NCBI GenBank assembly: GCA_965198225.1
Contig: CBDAOY010000009.1
Coordinates: 288,001 to 352,000, forward strand
Reading direction: 5' to 3'
Origin: Terriglobia bacterium
Lineage (GTDB): Bacteria; Acidobacteriota; Terriglobia; 20CM-2-55-15
DNA: 64,000 bases
A program made the position numbers and the translations under genes. The notes under the pieces are model-generated. The model saw only the letters and a list, made by a program, of their open reading frames with translations. It made no database searches and was not told the DNA's origin. This document shows positions 42,901 through 53,131 of the stretch, in pieces. Each line of letters starts with the position of its first letter. Position 1 is the stretch's first letter.

Positions 42901-43794
42901 GGCAACCTGGCACTTCACGGTACCGGATCGGCGCCGAACCTGGAAGGCAACCTCGACGTCCTCAGTTTCTCTTACGACGAAAGCTTCGACCGGTTCCTGG
43001 AACTCTTCCAGAACCCCGGACCCAGCGACCTCGAGTCCCCGCTCGCCGCTGTCACGCTGGCGATCCGCGCCCAGGGTGACCGGAACATCAGCATCGAAAA
43101 TGATCTTGCCAGCGTCGAAGGAAGATTGGACCTCGACATCGGCGGTACCTTCGGGAATCCGGCGCTGACGGGTCATGTCGAGGTCAGTGCCGGCTTTCTC
43201 GACTTTCAGGGCTCGCGCTACCGGATCACCCGCGGAAGCGTCGACTTCGTCGATCCTTTCCGCGTCGAACCGGTGGTCGACATACAGGCCGAGACCGAAC
43301 TTCGAGACTACCGGATAATCCTCGGCATCAGCGGACGTGGCGACGAGATCAGGCTGGACATGCGTTCCGACCCACCTCTGCCGCAGTTGGAAATCGTCAG
43401 TTTGATCGCGGGCGGGCGTACTCGTGAGGAGCTTGCGGAAGATCCTGCCGCCGGGGCCGCCCTTCCGACCAGCGAGCAACTGTTCCGAGGGGGCGCCGCA
43501 ACCATACTCACAGACTTGCTGCAATCACGCGTCGGTTCGCGCTTCGGCCTGCTCGATCGCTTTCGGCTAGAGCCGTTTCTGGTCGGCGCAGAGAACGACC
43601 CGGTTGCCCGTGTGACGATATCCGAACAGATCACCAGGGACCTGACGATCACCTACTCGCAGGACCTCTCCTCGAACCGCCAGCAGATCATCCTGATCGA
43701 ATACTTCCTCAACAACGATACCTCGTTCATCGCTTCACGCGATGAAACCGGCGCAGTCGGACTGGACATAAAACTCCGAAAAAGATTCCAGTAG
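39952..43794 (+). CDS. tamB: TamB/AsmA family translocation and assembly module protein
   Basis: N-terminal anchor, long beta-taco region, DUF490-like C-terminus (ITRGSVDF, RSDPPL). Confidence 0.85.
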   Translation: MKLKLLSRKRILALMSVMTLALLAVVAGAVYFLSSPDFDDFAADYIVDRIESASGGQAELEGFEADFWQQRFLLEGLSLRSEDDSGDRALMEIDQIDLGLNLMAMIRRKLDLSSLTLTRPRLYIDIAPDGSTNIPTLEQRADQGGSSFEVSIDALNVDGGEVLIGERRVNIDFALAELDGSFEYAGATGVLSGHLEYEGTVERADRSPIPYKLRADFDHTAGTVLVHTAELSSGESRVTLRGRVDDVLRSGSGRMDYNGSTHLPFMNYFFTREDFEGTLEFAGELSFSSDHFSATGHATGERVAVDDWIATDLESDFEYAFPERRLRATAIEMNALAGRVNGIADIGPLPGPGRRVELDLSYSDVDAARLRRIYPWDRQYVIDSLATGTLQGWFEGKFTRFEFEGNSNLVPADVSDREGTVSLALSGETHYEGTPGSVRLTDATARLGATDIEADGLVDRVSSSLELSLKSADLGDLDFLYDGANGSGEFDGTVTGPIGEPVIAGQFVVSGYRSGNWGLDRLAGKARLNPDRIALEGVQVSDGRSELVMSGSVGLDGADPDLDIRVRSLHGKDLEEFVASPFDGQFSGDVHVASIAPIEASGKLQARNLVYEGRLLGNAQTDFNFDDAEIRLSDLALEREDANLQASLIYRRASDEINVDLTSSGLTLEELHSLGVPSAFSGTIRDADFNVRGTRSLPQVEGSASVEEFRFRQQHFPRVDLSVGTSARLVRARIETTQNLTLEAEFNAAEDGYPFTGKADYSDYAIDQLTGMATGSLVATGTASFAGLLADFSTLAGEGEVTDLRAVFRDRVLGIAQPFPFRFDSQRLTLSEINLSGGATSIRLSGTAALAETTPLDLSINGAVDLSLVAGGIPNIEADGSLTLEGTVTGGIRNPELRGLAQLEDVSLGHEGLFLRLSSVNGGLFFDGNSVNLTDVEGSAGGGRVTMRGSIDVENLSLGAFDVRLDLSNVRLRDPEGLRTVVSGNLALHGTGSAPNLEGNLDVLSFSYDESFDRFLELFQNPGPSDLESPLAAVTLAIRAQGDRNISIENDLASVEGRLDLDIGGTFGNPALTGHVEVSAGFLDFQGSRYRITRGSVDFVDPFRVEPVVDIQAETELRDYRIILGISGRGDEIRLDMRSDPPLPQLEIVSLIAGGRTREELAEDPAAGAALPTSEQLFRGGAATILTDLLQSRVGSRFGLLDRFRLEPFLVGAENDPVARVTISEQITRDLTITYSQDLSSNRQQIILIEYFLNNDTSFIASRDETGAVGLDIKLRKRFQ

Positions 43795-43842
43795 GAGGAT
43801 CGTCGGAACGGATCGATCCAGAGATTGCACGGATGAGATCCA

Positions 43843-43933
43843 GCCACGGATTGCACGGATTTAACGGATCACGAGGAGTCTTTCAGAGGCAGACCATAGG
43901 GTTCCTGTCCGTGTAATCTGTGTAATCCGTGGC
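43843..43933. repeat. 9-nt-periodic palindromic element (CACGGATTN arms)
   Basis: GCCACGGATTGCACGGATTTAACGGA / TCCGTGTAATCTGTGTAATCCGTGGC; 22/26 complementary plus 2 G-U. Confidence 0.75.
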
Positions 43934-43964
43934 ATTCTCAGCAGGTTTCCCGGAGAGCGAAAAC

Positions 43965-44351
43965 CTACTCCAACAGTGCGATGCATTCGATTTCGATGGC
44001 GACGCCAAGCGGGAGGGCAGCGACCTCTACGGTGGCGCGGGCGGGGGGAGAGTGTTTGAAGAATTCTCCGTAGATTCCATTCACCTCTTTGAAGTTTCCC
44101 ATGTCGGAAAGATAGATCGTTACCTTCACAACGTGGCTGAGCGAGGCACCGGCACCGGTGAGGACCCCTTGCAGGTTCATTAACGACTGGCGGGCCTGCG
44201 CTGCCACGGACATGTCGCCGATGAGCTGACCCGTGGCCGGGTCCAGCGGGATCTGCCCCGACACGAAGACGAAGTTACCGGCGCGGATCGCCTGGGAATA
44301 GGGTCCGATCGCGGGCGGACCCAACGGAGTCGAGATCACTCTCTTGGGCAT
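43965..44351 (-). CDS. ridA: RidA family reactive intermediate deaminase
   Basis: AIGPYSQA, VSGQIP, PARATVEV and EIECIA motifs. Confidence 0.9.
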   Translation of the reverse strand: MPKRVISTPLGPPAIGPYSQAIRAGNFVFVSGQIPLDPATGQLIGDMSVAAQARQSLMNLQGVLTGAGASLSHVVKVTIYLSDMGNFKEVNGIYGEFFKHSPPARATVEVAALPLGVAIEIECIALLE

Positions 44352-44366
44352 AGTTGGGCTATCTTC

Positions 44367-46550
44367 CTAGGTTGCTGTGTTGACGGTCTTTGGGGCACGA
44401 ATCACATCGAAAACGCCGTCGAGTTGCCTGATCTTCGAGATAACTTTCTCCAGATGCTTCATGTCGGGTATCTCCAAGGTCATGTCGATGACGCCGTGCT
44501 CTTTTTCCGTGCGTGCAGCAACGTCCAGAATGTTGGAACGAATGTCTGAGATCGCGGAAGAAACGCCGGCCAGGATGCCGGGCCGATCGGCCGTCGTGAT
44601 CGTCAACTGGACTGCGTAAGCTTCGCTGTCGAGCGGCCGGCTGGCCCATTCGACATCGATTCGCCGGTCCGCCTCATACATCAGGTTCTGGACGTTCGGG
44701 CAGTCCTTGGCATGGACCGCCACTCCCTTTCCGCGTGTGACGTAACCGATGATTCCCTCGCCGCGGATCGGCTCGCAGCACTTTGCTCGATAAACCAGAA
44801 GATCATCCATCCCCTTCACTTTGATCTTCAGGTCGTCGCTGAAACCGAAGACCCTCTTGACCGCCGAGGTGAGCTTCGACGCCGGCGCAGCGGCATCCTT
44901 CAGGGCGTCGGGGTCTGCCTTCGCCAGGACTTGTCGGGCCGAGACCTTCCCGTAGCCGATCGCCGACATCAGGTCGTCCACCTTTGTGCACCCGTAGTGG
45001 GGAGCGATCTCCAGTAGCCGATCGCTCTCGCTCAAAGCCTTCACGCTGACCTTGTACTTGCGCGCCTCCTTCTCGAGAAGCTTCTGTCCCAGCTCGACAG
45101 ACTGGGTCTTCTCCTGACCGCTCAGCCAGTTGCGAATCTTGTTCCTTGCTCGGGAAGTCTTGATGAAGTTCAGCCAGTCCCGGCTGGGGTGGTGCCCGGG
45201 CTGCGTCACGATCTCCACGATGTCGCCGTTGGACAATCTGCTCTTGAGCGGAACAAGGCGTCCATTCACCTTGGCGCCGACACACGTGTTGCCCACTTCG
45301 GTGTGGATCGCATAGGCAAAGTCCACGGGTGTGGCATCGCTCGGCATCGTGATGACCTCGCCCTTAGGCGTGAAGGTGTATACCTCCTCTGGATAGAGAT
45401 CGACCTTGAGCGTGCTCAGGAAGTCGGTCGGATCTTTCATCTCCTGTTGCCATTCGACGAGATGGCGCAACCAAGAGACGCGATGGTCTTCCCGGTCGTC
45501 TGCCACAAGCTTCCCATCTTTGTACTTCCAATGAGCCGCGATTCCTTCTTCGGCCACCTCATGCATTTCCGCCGTCCGGATCTGTACCTCGAAGGGCTGT
45601 GCTCCAGCGATGACAGATGTGTGCAGCGACTGGTACATGTTGGGGCGCGGCATCGCGATGAAATCCTTGATACGTCCGGGAACCGGCCGCCACGTGTTGT
45701 GGATGACTCCGAGAGCGGCGTAGCAATTCTTGATATCGTCGGTGACGATTCGGATCGCGAGCAGGTCGTAGACCTGGTCCAGCTCGATCATTTGCCGCCT
45801 TAGTTTCTGATCGATTGAATAGATTCTCTTGATCCGGGCTTCGGTCTTACACGGGATTCCATGCTCGGTCAGTTTCTGCTCGATCGTCTGCCGGACATCT
45901 TCGAGAAACTTTTCGTCTACCTTCCGCTTAGCTTCGAGAGACGTCTTGATCTCGTTGTACGAGTTGGGATCCAGAAAACTGAACGCGAGGTCTTCGAGTT
46001 CCCCGCGAATCTTTCCCATCCCGAGACGATGTGCGAGGGGGGCGTAGATCTCCAGCGTCTCGCGAGCGATCGCCTCCCTGCGGTCGGCCCGCAGGTGGCG
46101 CAACGTACGCATGTTGTGGAGACGGTCGGCGAGCTTGACGATGATCACCCTGACGTCGTCACTCATGGCCAGCAGCATTTTCCGGAAATTCTCGGCCTGC
46201 TTTTCCTCGGTAGACGTGAAGTAAATCTGGCTGATCTTCGTCAGCGCGTCGACAACGTGGGCGACCTCTTCGCCAAACATCGCCTCCAGGTTTTCAAGCG
46301 ACGTCAGCGTGTCCTCGACGACGTCGTGGAGCAGACCGACGCTGACCGTCACCGCATCCATCTTCATCTCGGCAAGGATGTTGGCGACTTCGAGAGGATG
46401 CGTCAGGTAGGGTTCACCGGACGCCCGTACCTGCCCTTTGTGCTCCTTCGCTGAGAAGAGGTAGGCGCGGCGGACGATTTCGAGATCATCCTGCGGGTGA
46501 TGCTTCTGAATCTTCTCGATGATTTGTTCCAAGCGAATCATGGTCGACAC
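44367..46550 (-). CDS. relA: Bifunctional (p)ppGpp synthetase/hydrolase
   Basis: HD domain (LLHDVVED), KLADRLHN, YQSLHT, TGS, CC and ACT domains. Confidence 0.94.
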   Translation of the reverse strand: MSTMIRLEQIIEKIQKHHPQDDLEIVRRAYLFSAKEHKGQVRASGEPYLTHPLEVANILAEMKMDAVTVSVGLLHDVVEDTLTSLENLEAMFGEEVAHVVDALTKISQIYFTSTEEKQAENFRKMLLAMSDDVRVIIVKLADRLHNMRTLRHLRADRREAIARETLEIYAPLAHRLGMGKIRGELEDLAFSFLDPNSYNEIKTSLEAKRKVDEKFLEDVRQTIEQKLTEHGIPCKTEARIKRIYSIDQKLRRQMIELDQVYDLLAIRIVTDDIKNCYAALGVIHNTWRPVPGRIKDFIAMPRPNMYQSLHTSVIAGAQPFEVQIRTAEMHEVAEEGIAAHWKYKDGKLVADDREDHRVSWLRHLVEWQQEMKDPTDFLSTLKVDLYPEEVYTFTPKGEVITMPSDATPVDFAYAIHTEVGNTCVGAKVNGRLVPLKSRLSNGDIVEIVTQPGHHPSRDWLNFIKTSRARNKIRNWLSGQEKTQSVELGQKLLEKEARKYKVSVKALSESDRLLEIAPHYGCTKVDDLMSAIGYGKVSARQVLAKADPDALKDAAAPASKLTSAVKRVFGFSDDLKIKVKGMDDLLVYRAKCCEPIRGEGIIGYVTRGKGVAVHAKDCPNVQNLMYEADRRIDVEWASRPLDSEAYAVQLTITTADRPGILAGVSSAISDIRSNILDVAARTEKEHGVIDMTLEIPDMKHLEKVISKIRQLDGVFDVIRAPKTVNTAT

Positions 46551-46678
46551 ACGGGTGCCACCGCTTACAATCGGCGACGGAGTCCTCGGATCTCACCCTA
46601 TTGTAGCCCGTCCTTTCCGGTCAATCACTTGCGACGTGAATCTTTTGACGGTTTTCGGGGAGAACCTGCAAATTGCTC

Positions 46679-46709
46679 TTGAACCTGACGTAACGTAAGG
46701 TTGTATCAC
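46679..46709 (+). promoter_or_regulatory. MerR-type promoter/operator (19-bp spacer)
   Basis: TTGAAC-19 bp-TATCAC with dyad AACCTgACGT-A-ACGTaAGGTT. Confidence 0.8.
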
Positions 46710-46734
46710 CTCTCAATGGGAAGGAGGAAGTCGA

Positions 46735-47486
46735 ATGCCCAAAGGGCTTTGGAAGGTCGGAGAGCTGGCCAATGAGACCGGTTTGTCCGTGCGAACCCTC
46801 CACTACTACGACCACATCGAGCTGCTCTCGCCGACCCGGCATACGGACGCCGGACATCGTCTTTACGGAGCGGGGGACGTGTCGCGTCTGTATCGAATCA
46901 TCGCGCTGCGCAACCTCGGCCTTTCGCTCGACGAGATAAAGAGTTGCCTGGGCCGAAGCAATTACTCCCCCCAAAAGGTCGTGCAGCTCCAGATCGACCG
47001 CCTTCGGGAACGGATGGAGCTTGAGCAGCGGCTATGCCGGCGTCTGGAGGCCATAGCCGGGCGCTTGAATTCACGGAAGAGGGTGTCGGTGGAGCAATTC
47101 ATCCAGACCATCAGGGAGGTTCAGATGTCTGAAAAATTCGAGAAGTACTACCCGCCGGAACAGCGGGAAGAACTCGCACGACGGAAAATCGCTGTCGGCG
47201 AGGATCGCATCCGACAGGACGAGCAAGAGTGGGCGGGGCGGACCTGTTCGATCGATTCCGAACCGAAATGGACAACGGAACGGATACCGCGAGTGAAACG
47301 GTTCAGGAACTCGTCGCAAGGTACACCAGCTTGATCAACGAGTTCACCGGCGGCAACAAGAAGATCGAAGCGTCGATGGCAAAGATGTACAGAGCCGAAC
47401 CGAACCTGCTGCAACAGTTCGGGATGAACTTCGATCAGCCGCTCCGCGAGTACATCGGGAAGGCGATGTCTCCTGGGAGGAAATGA
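46735..47486 (+). pseudogene. MerR/TipA-family regulator, frameshifted
   Basis: SVRTLHYYD HTH; TipAS-like C-terminus in another frame after a GGGCG duplication at 47231-47240. Confidence 0.85.
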
Positions 47487-47638
47487 CTGGGGGTCTTGAT
47501 GGTAGCGAAATCCCTGGGAAGGCTCCGGGCGTGGGGGGACCGGACCAGCTGTCTTTCTCCGAAGGCCTTCGCAATGCTAGGGTGTCTTCGAACGCTCCCG
47601 GTCGAAAAGAGAGGGGGACGGTGGGCCCGACGCTAATG

Positions 47639-49621
47639 ATCGGGGAGGCGGGCTTAACGCCCGCCTCCCACACCACCGTACGTACGGTTCCGTATACGGC
47701 GGTTCATAAAGATTGAAGTCGGGAATGCACCTCGGAGAAGGATTGCAAACCCAGGCGACGGAAGGCAGAGGCGGGGACAGCCTGATTCATATGGCTGGCG
47801 CCCGCATTCCACCAAGGCCCGCGCCCGTTGGAAACCGAGGTCCGAGCCCGAGCGGTCGCAATACCGCGTCGAGTGAGTTCCCGGAATCGTGTTCGGTTCC
47901 GCTTCCACTGCTGCCACAAGATCGACCGCAGCCGGCGGCGCAACCACTGATCCAGTCGCTCGAAGCTGCCTCGAACCTCCGCCAAGCGATAGTAAGCCAC
48001 CCAACCCCGAATGATGGGAATGAGTGTTCCGATCGTGCGAGCGAGGCTTCGGCCTCGCCCGGCTCGCGTGATCTCCCGAAGTCTCATTTTCAGTCGTTTT
48101 AACGACGAATCCGAAACCTTCAGTTTGGCCTCGCGATGCGCCGTGAAACTGTACCCGAGGAACTTTCGCTTCCACGGCCGCGCCACGGCGCTTTTGGCCC
48201 GGTTCACCTTCAGCCGGAGTCTCCTGTCCAGAAAACATTCCAGCGATGCCATGACCCGCTGACCCGCTGCCTCGGAGCGAATGTACACATTCACATCGTC
48301 GGCATAACGAACGAAGCGGTGCCCACGTTTCCCCAACTCCCGATCCAGTTCATCCAGCAACAGGTTCGACAGCAGAGGCGAGAGGGGGCCGCCTTGCGGC
48401 GTCCCTTCTGCCCGGGGCGACACCAGCCCGCCCTCCATCAGTCCGGCCTGTAGATAGCGCCGAATCAATCGAAGCACCCGTTTGTCTTTGATTCGTCGCG
48501 CCACGCGTGCCATCAGCACGTCATGGTTGACGCGATCAAAGAACTTCTCGATGTCCAGGTCCACCACCCAGCGATGTCCGGCTCGAATGTGTTCCCGGGC
48601 ACGCACCACCGCCTTTTGGGCGCTTCGTCCCGGTCGGTAGCCGTAGCTATCTTCCGAGAACGTCCGATCCCATAGGGGTTGGAGAACCTGAAGCAGAGCC
48701 TGTTGAATCATCCGGTCCATCACGGTCGGAATGCCCAGCGTCCGTATCCCTCCGTCCGGTTTCAGAATATCGACTTTCCTCACCGGTTGGGGGCGGTACG
48801 TCTCGTCGAGCAGTTCTTGACGGACTCGCGTCCAGTGCATCTGACAGTGCGGCATCGACCTTGGCTGACTCCGGCCGTCGCCTCGACCCCAACCGTTTAG
48901 CGCGAGATCGACCAGGTCCTCAACGGTCATCCCGTCGATTCCCGCCGCCCCGCTATTGGCCTTGACGCGTCGGTATGCGGCCAGAACGTTTTCCCGTTCC
49001 AGCACCTTCTCCAGTAGCATTCCCTCCTCGATCCCGACTTGCTCGTGACGTGCCGTGCGAGTTTGACGCCCCTCATCCGTATCTGTCACGGTTCCGCCGC
49101 TATCCTTCCGGTTCGGTTCCGGCTTCTCAGCCCTCTTGTCTGCGTCTCCGTTTCGCATCGAACGCTCCGTGTCGGTCTCTTCTCCATGTGTGGTCCTTCA
49201 CCCCGGCTCCGCCGGGCTACTATGACCGTGGCTGACTTCCGCCGCCCCATCGCGCCGCCTCTCGACGACTCTAGCTGTTCCCAGCAAGACAACGGATCTC
49301 CCAGGGTAAGGCACGTGACTTTCACTCCATCTACCCGCCGCATCTACAAACGCCCGGTCCGGATGACATTGGGCTTCCGATCTGTTGGCCTCTTCGCCCA
49401 CCTGACGCCTGCCTCTTATGCGGTTCGTGTGCCTCGGGCCAGAGTTTTGCCTATGGCTTCCTTCCCACCCCCGATTGCTCGGACGCAGTTGCCACATCGG
49501 CTAAGGGTTCCTGTCATCAAGGCCCCCAGAGGACTCTCACCTCCTAGTCACTTCCCGGTTCGCTTTCGCTCCCCGGTTATCCAGCGCCAATTCATGGCGC
49601 TGCGCGCCATGCCTGGCGCAC
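47639..49621 (-). mobile_element. Class IIC group II intron
   Basis: 5' GTGCG at 49621; short DV with CGC triad; DVI hairpin; 3' CCCGAT; inserted just after a terminator. Confidence 0.92.
47704..49158 (-). CDS. ltrA: Group II intron reverse transcriptase/maturase (no En domain)
   Basis: RTLGIPTVMDR, SYGYRPGRS, DIEKFFD, GTPQGGPLSP, YADD and FLGY motifs. Confidence 0.95.
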   Translation of the reverse strand: MRNGDADKRAEKPEPNRKDSGGTVTDTDEGRQTRTARHEQVGIEEGMLLEKVLERENVLAAYRRVKANSGAAGIDGMTVEDLVDLALNGWGRGDGRSQPRSMPHCQMHWTRVRQELLDETYRPQPVRKVDILKPDGGIRTLGIPTVMDRMIQQALLQVLQPLWDRTFSEDSYGYRPGRSAQKAVVRAREHIRAGHRWVVDLDIEKFFDRVNHDVLMARVARRIKDKRVLRLIRRYLQAGLMEGGLVSPRAEGTPQGGPLSPLLSNLLLDELDRELGKRGHRFVRYADDVNVYIRSEAAGQRVMASLECFLDRRLRLKVNRAKSAVARPWKRKFLGYSFTAHREAKLKVSDSSLKRLKMRLREITRAGRGRSLARTIGTLIPIIRGWVAYYRLAEVRGSFERLDQWLRRRLRSILWQQWKRNRTRFRELTRRGIATARARTSVSNGRGPWWNAGASHMNQAVPASAFRRLGLQSFSEVHSRLQSL

Positions 49622-49624
49622 CAA

Positions 49625-49657
49625 GAAAAAAGGCCGTCCCCAAAGGGACGGTCCTTT
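49625..49657 (-). terminator. Rho-independent terminator (class IIC intron target)
   Basis: Minus strand GGACCGTCCC-TTT-GGGGACGGCC-TTTTTTCTTG immediately before the intron 5' end. Confidence 0.85.
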
Positions 49658-49688
49658 CTTCGATTCGCTCAGTGAAACGAAAACCTGT

Positions 49689-50438
49689 TTACTGTCCGAC
49701 CTCGTTGGCGGCTTCCCGCTCCGCGAGCAATCTGCGCGTTTCCATGGCCCTGTTGAACCACAGGTCCGCCATCTGGAGGAGCTGCTGACGATCGGCGAGC
49801 GCCCCTTCGTCTTCAGAATCTTCCGGGATCAACGCCGCGGATTCGCGGTAAAGCAGGTTCTTGTAGGTCATCGCATCCTCATACTCTTCGTTCAGTTCGA
49901 GGGCACGATCCAAGGCTTGCTGGCCTTCTTCGATCAGGTCCGTCAACTCTTCCGGAGAACGCTCGACGGTCTTGTCGAAAACGATCATCCAGTTGAGGCT
50001 GCCGATGCTGTAATGCGACACCGGATTCTCGGCGTCGACGGACGCCTGCAGCAAGTAGTACTCGCGTGCGGTATCCAGATCGTTCGTGTTCTGGTAGATG
50101 CTGGCCAACCCGGCCATCGCTGTTGTCGCGGTCGGATCTCGCTCCAGGACGCTTTCAAACGTATCGATCGCCAGCTGTGCCATGCGGCGATTCTCCTCGG
50201 ACAGCGCCCCCGGGACGAACTGCTGGGAATAGGCTGTGGCAAGGTACAGTTCAGCCTGGGTCAGCTCCGGGTCGAGCTCGAGCGCGACGATGAAATAATC
50301 GACGGCGGCCTGGTAGTTCGAGTCGTTAAAGGCGCGGACACCCTTGTTCAGGTTGTCTCTCGCCTGAAGACTCTGACAGCCCACCGAGGCCAGCGCGAGC
50401 ATTCCAACTAGTAACAAAAGTAGTTTCTTCTGCCGCAT
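49689..50438 (-). CDS. TPR-repeat lipoprotein of the TonB/Exb cluster
   Basis: Lipobox SVGC; TPR-like helices. Confidence 0.82.
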   Translation of the reverse strand: MRQKKLLLLLVGMLALASVGCQSLQARDNLNKGVRAFNDSNYQAAVDYFIVALELDPELTQAELYLATAYSQQFVPGALSEENRRMAQLAIDTFESVLERDPTATTAMAGLASIYQNTNDLDTAREYYLLQASVDAENPVSHYSIGSLNWMIVFDKTVERSPEELTDLIEEGQQALDRALELNEEYEDAMTYKNLLYRESAALIPEDSEDEGALADRQQLLQMADLWFNRAMETRRLLAEREAANEVGQ

Positions 50439-50465
50439 AAAACAACACCTCCGCTTTACCGTTGA

Positions 50466-50903
50466 TTACTGACCCGACGTGATCTGTTCGGTCATCAAAC
50501 CGACCTTCTCAACACCTGAACCCTTAGCGATGTCGATGACGACGATGACGTCATTGAACAGCAGCTCGGGATCCGCGTTCACGAAGATCGTGCGGTCATT
50601 GCGAGTCTTGAAGATGTCCTGCAACTGACGACTCAGTGTTCGGAGCTCCGCTGCGTCCTGGTTGATCTGTATCTGACCCCGACTGTCGATCGACACCACG
50701 ACCGTTCGGTTTTCCTCATCCGGCGGCGGCGGCGGAGTCCCCGGCGGCGGTGGCTGTGGTACAGCCGCGTCGAGGCCCTTCGGAGTCAGCGGCGTGATCA
50801 CCATGAAGATGACCAGCAACACGAGTAGAATATCGATCAGCGGCGTGATGTTGATATCGGACGCCGCCCCGAGTTTCTTGCCGTATTTCTTCTTGTCTGC
50901 CAT
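50466..50903 (-). CDS. exbD: ExbD/TolR family protein
   Basis: INITPLIDILLVLLVIFMV. Confidence 0.9.
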   Translation of the reverse strand: MADKKKYGKKLGAASDINITPLIDILLVLLVIFMVITPLTPKGLDAAVPQPPPPGTPPPPPDEENRTVVVSIDSRGQIQINQDAAELRTLSRQLQDIFKTRNDRTIFVNADPELLFNDVIVVIDIAKGSGVEKVGLMTEQITSGQ

Positions 50904-50918
50904 TCCGTTCTCCCCCGC

Positions 50919-51353
50919 CTACTGGCGGATCGCGTCGTCCAGTCGCTCGGTCAACAGGCCGATACGATCGACGCCGGCCGACCGCACCGTGTCGACCACC
51001 GCGACCACGTCACCGTACTTTGAACGAAAGTCGCTCTTGACATAGATGGTCTTGTCCAGCCTGTCGGCCAGCAGATCCAGCACCAATACCGGCATCTCCT
51101 CCAGGGTGACTCTCTCCTTACCCAGGAAGAACTTCCCGTCGCGGGTCACCGCCACCAGAACCGCGTCGTCCTGGTCGGCTGCCTGCATGTCGATTGGGTT
51201 GTTGGTCTTGGCCAGCTCCACGCTGACGCCCTTCTGGAGCATCGGCGTAATGACCATGAAGATGATCAGCAGAACCAGCATGACGTCGGCCATCGGTGTA
51301 ACGTTGATTTCCGACGTTACCCCCCCCTGGTCGCCACCTGTTGAGATAGCCAT
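50919..51353 (-). CDS. exbD: ExbD/TolR family protein
   Basis: INVTPMADVMLVLLIIFMV. Confidence 0.9.
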   Translation of the reverse strand: MAISTGGDQGGVTSEINVTPMADVMLVLLIIFMVITPMLQKGVSVELAKTNNPIDMQAADQDDAVLVAVTRDGKFFLGKERVTLEEMPVLVLDLLADRLDKTIYVKSDFRSKYGDVVAVVDTVRSAGVDRIGLLTERLDDAIRQ

Positions 51354-51359
51354 AGCTCA

Positions 51360-52073
51360 TTACCCCCGCTGTTTGACGAAGTAGTCCATCAACTCGGACG
51401 ACGAGTTGTTCATCTCGACCTGGAACGCCTCGACCTTGTTCGTGAAGGAGTTGTACGCCCACACGGCAGGCACCGCGACGAAGAGGCCGAAGGCCGTCGC
51501 GACGAGCGCCTCGGAAATGCCGCCGGCGACTGCGGACAGGCCGGCCGTCTTCTCACTCGACATGCCCTGGAACGCGTTGATGATGCCGACAGTGGTCCCG
51601 AACAATCCGACGAAAGGAGCCGTCGCACCAATCGTCGCCAGACCGGAAAGGCCCCGCTTCAATTCGGCGTTGACGATAGCCTCGGCACGCTCACAAGCGC
51701 GGCGCGAAGCGTCGATCTGTTCCCCGGACAGTTCCGCCGATGAACCCTGTGACCGATACTCCTGCAGCCCGGCTTCAACAACCTTGGCCAGATGGCTGCG
51801 TTTGTTCTGCTCGGCGACGCTGATCGCCTCCTCGATCTTTCCTTCCTTCAGGCAGCCGGCAACGGCGGGAGCAAATTCCCGAGACTGTTTCCGGGCCTGG
51901 GAGAAAGCGATGTAACGATCGATCATGACACCGATCGACCACGCCGACATGATCGCGAGAAGAACCACAACTGCCTTCGCGGCGAAACCCATCTGCGCCC
52001 ACATGGACCGAAGGTCAAAACCGACTTCCTGCAGCAGCATCATTCCCAAAAAATTGAGTTTGTAGAGCATCAT
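51360..52073 (-). CDS. exbB: MotA/TolQ/ExbB proton channel
   Basis: APFVGLFGTTVGI and ISEALVATAFGL motifs. Confidence 0.9.
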   Translation of the reverse strand: MMLYKLNFLGMMLLQEVGFDLRSMWAQMGFAAKAVVVLLAIMSAWSIGVMIDRYIAFSQARKQSREFAPAVAGCLKEGKIEEAISVAEQNKRSHLAKVVEAGLQEYRSQGSSAELSGEQIDASRRACERAEAIVNAELKRGLSGLATIGATAPFVGLFGTTVGIINAFQGMSSEKTAGLSAVAGGISEALVATAFGLFVAVPAVWAYNSFTNKVEAFQVEMNNSSSELMDYFVKQRG

Positions 52074-52156
52074 AAAATCAAAGTCCTCCTACTGATTCGT
52101 AACCAAAACCCTTTACGAAACGCTGAATTCGATAAATTTTCCGAGTCGCCGGCGGC

Positions 52157-52909
<753 letters not shown>

Positions 52910-53131
52910 ACCGTTCGTTACCTCCCTTCGCTGACTTTCAAACTTGACGCCCCGTCCGGCGGCTGCTGCCCTATCCGATGACCCGCTGGGGAGGACACCT
53001 CAAACACCAATTACCAAGCCTCTGCCTACAAACACAATAGGAACACGACAGCTCAAAATGTGGCAGTGCTTCGATGGCCTAAAATACCGAGAGCGACCCT
53101 TATACCAACCGATTCCGAGGCCTGTCAACTA

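Noticed and set aside
47704-49158. Retron, DGR or defence-associated RT
   Set aside because: Full group II intron boundaries, DV/DVI, maturase domain and terminator target are present
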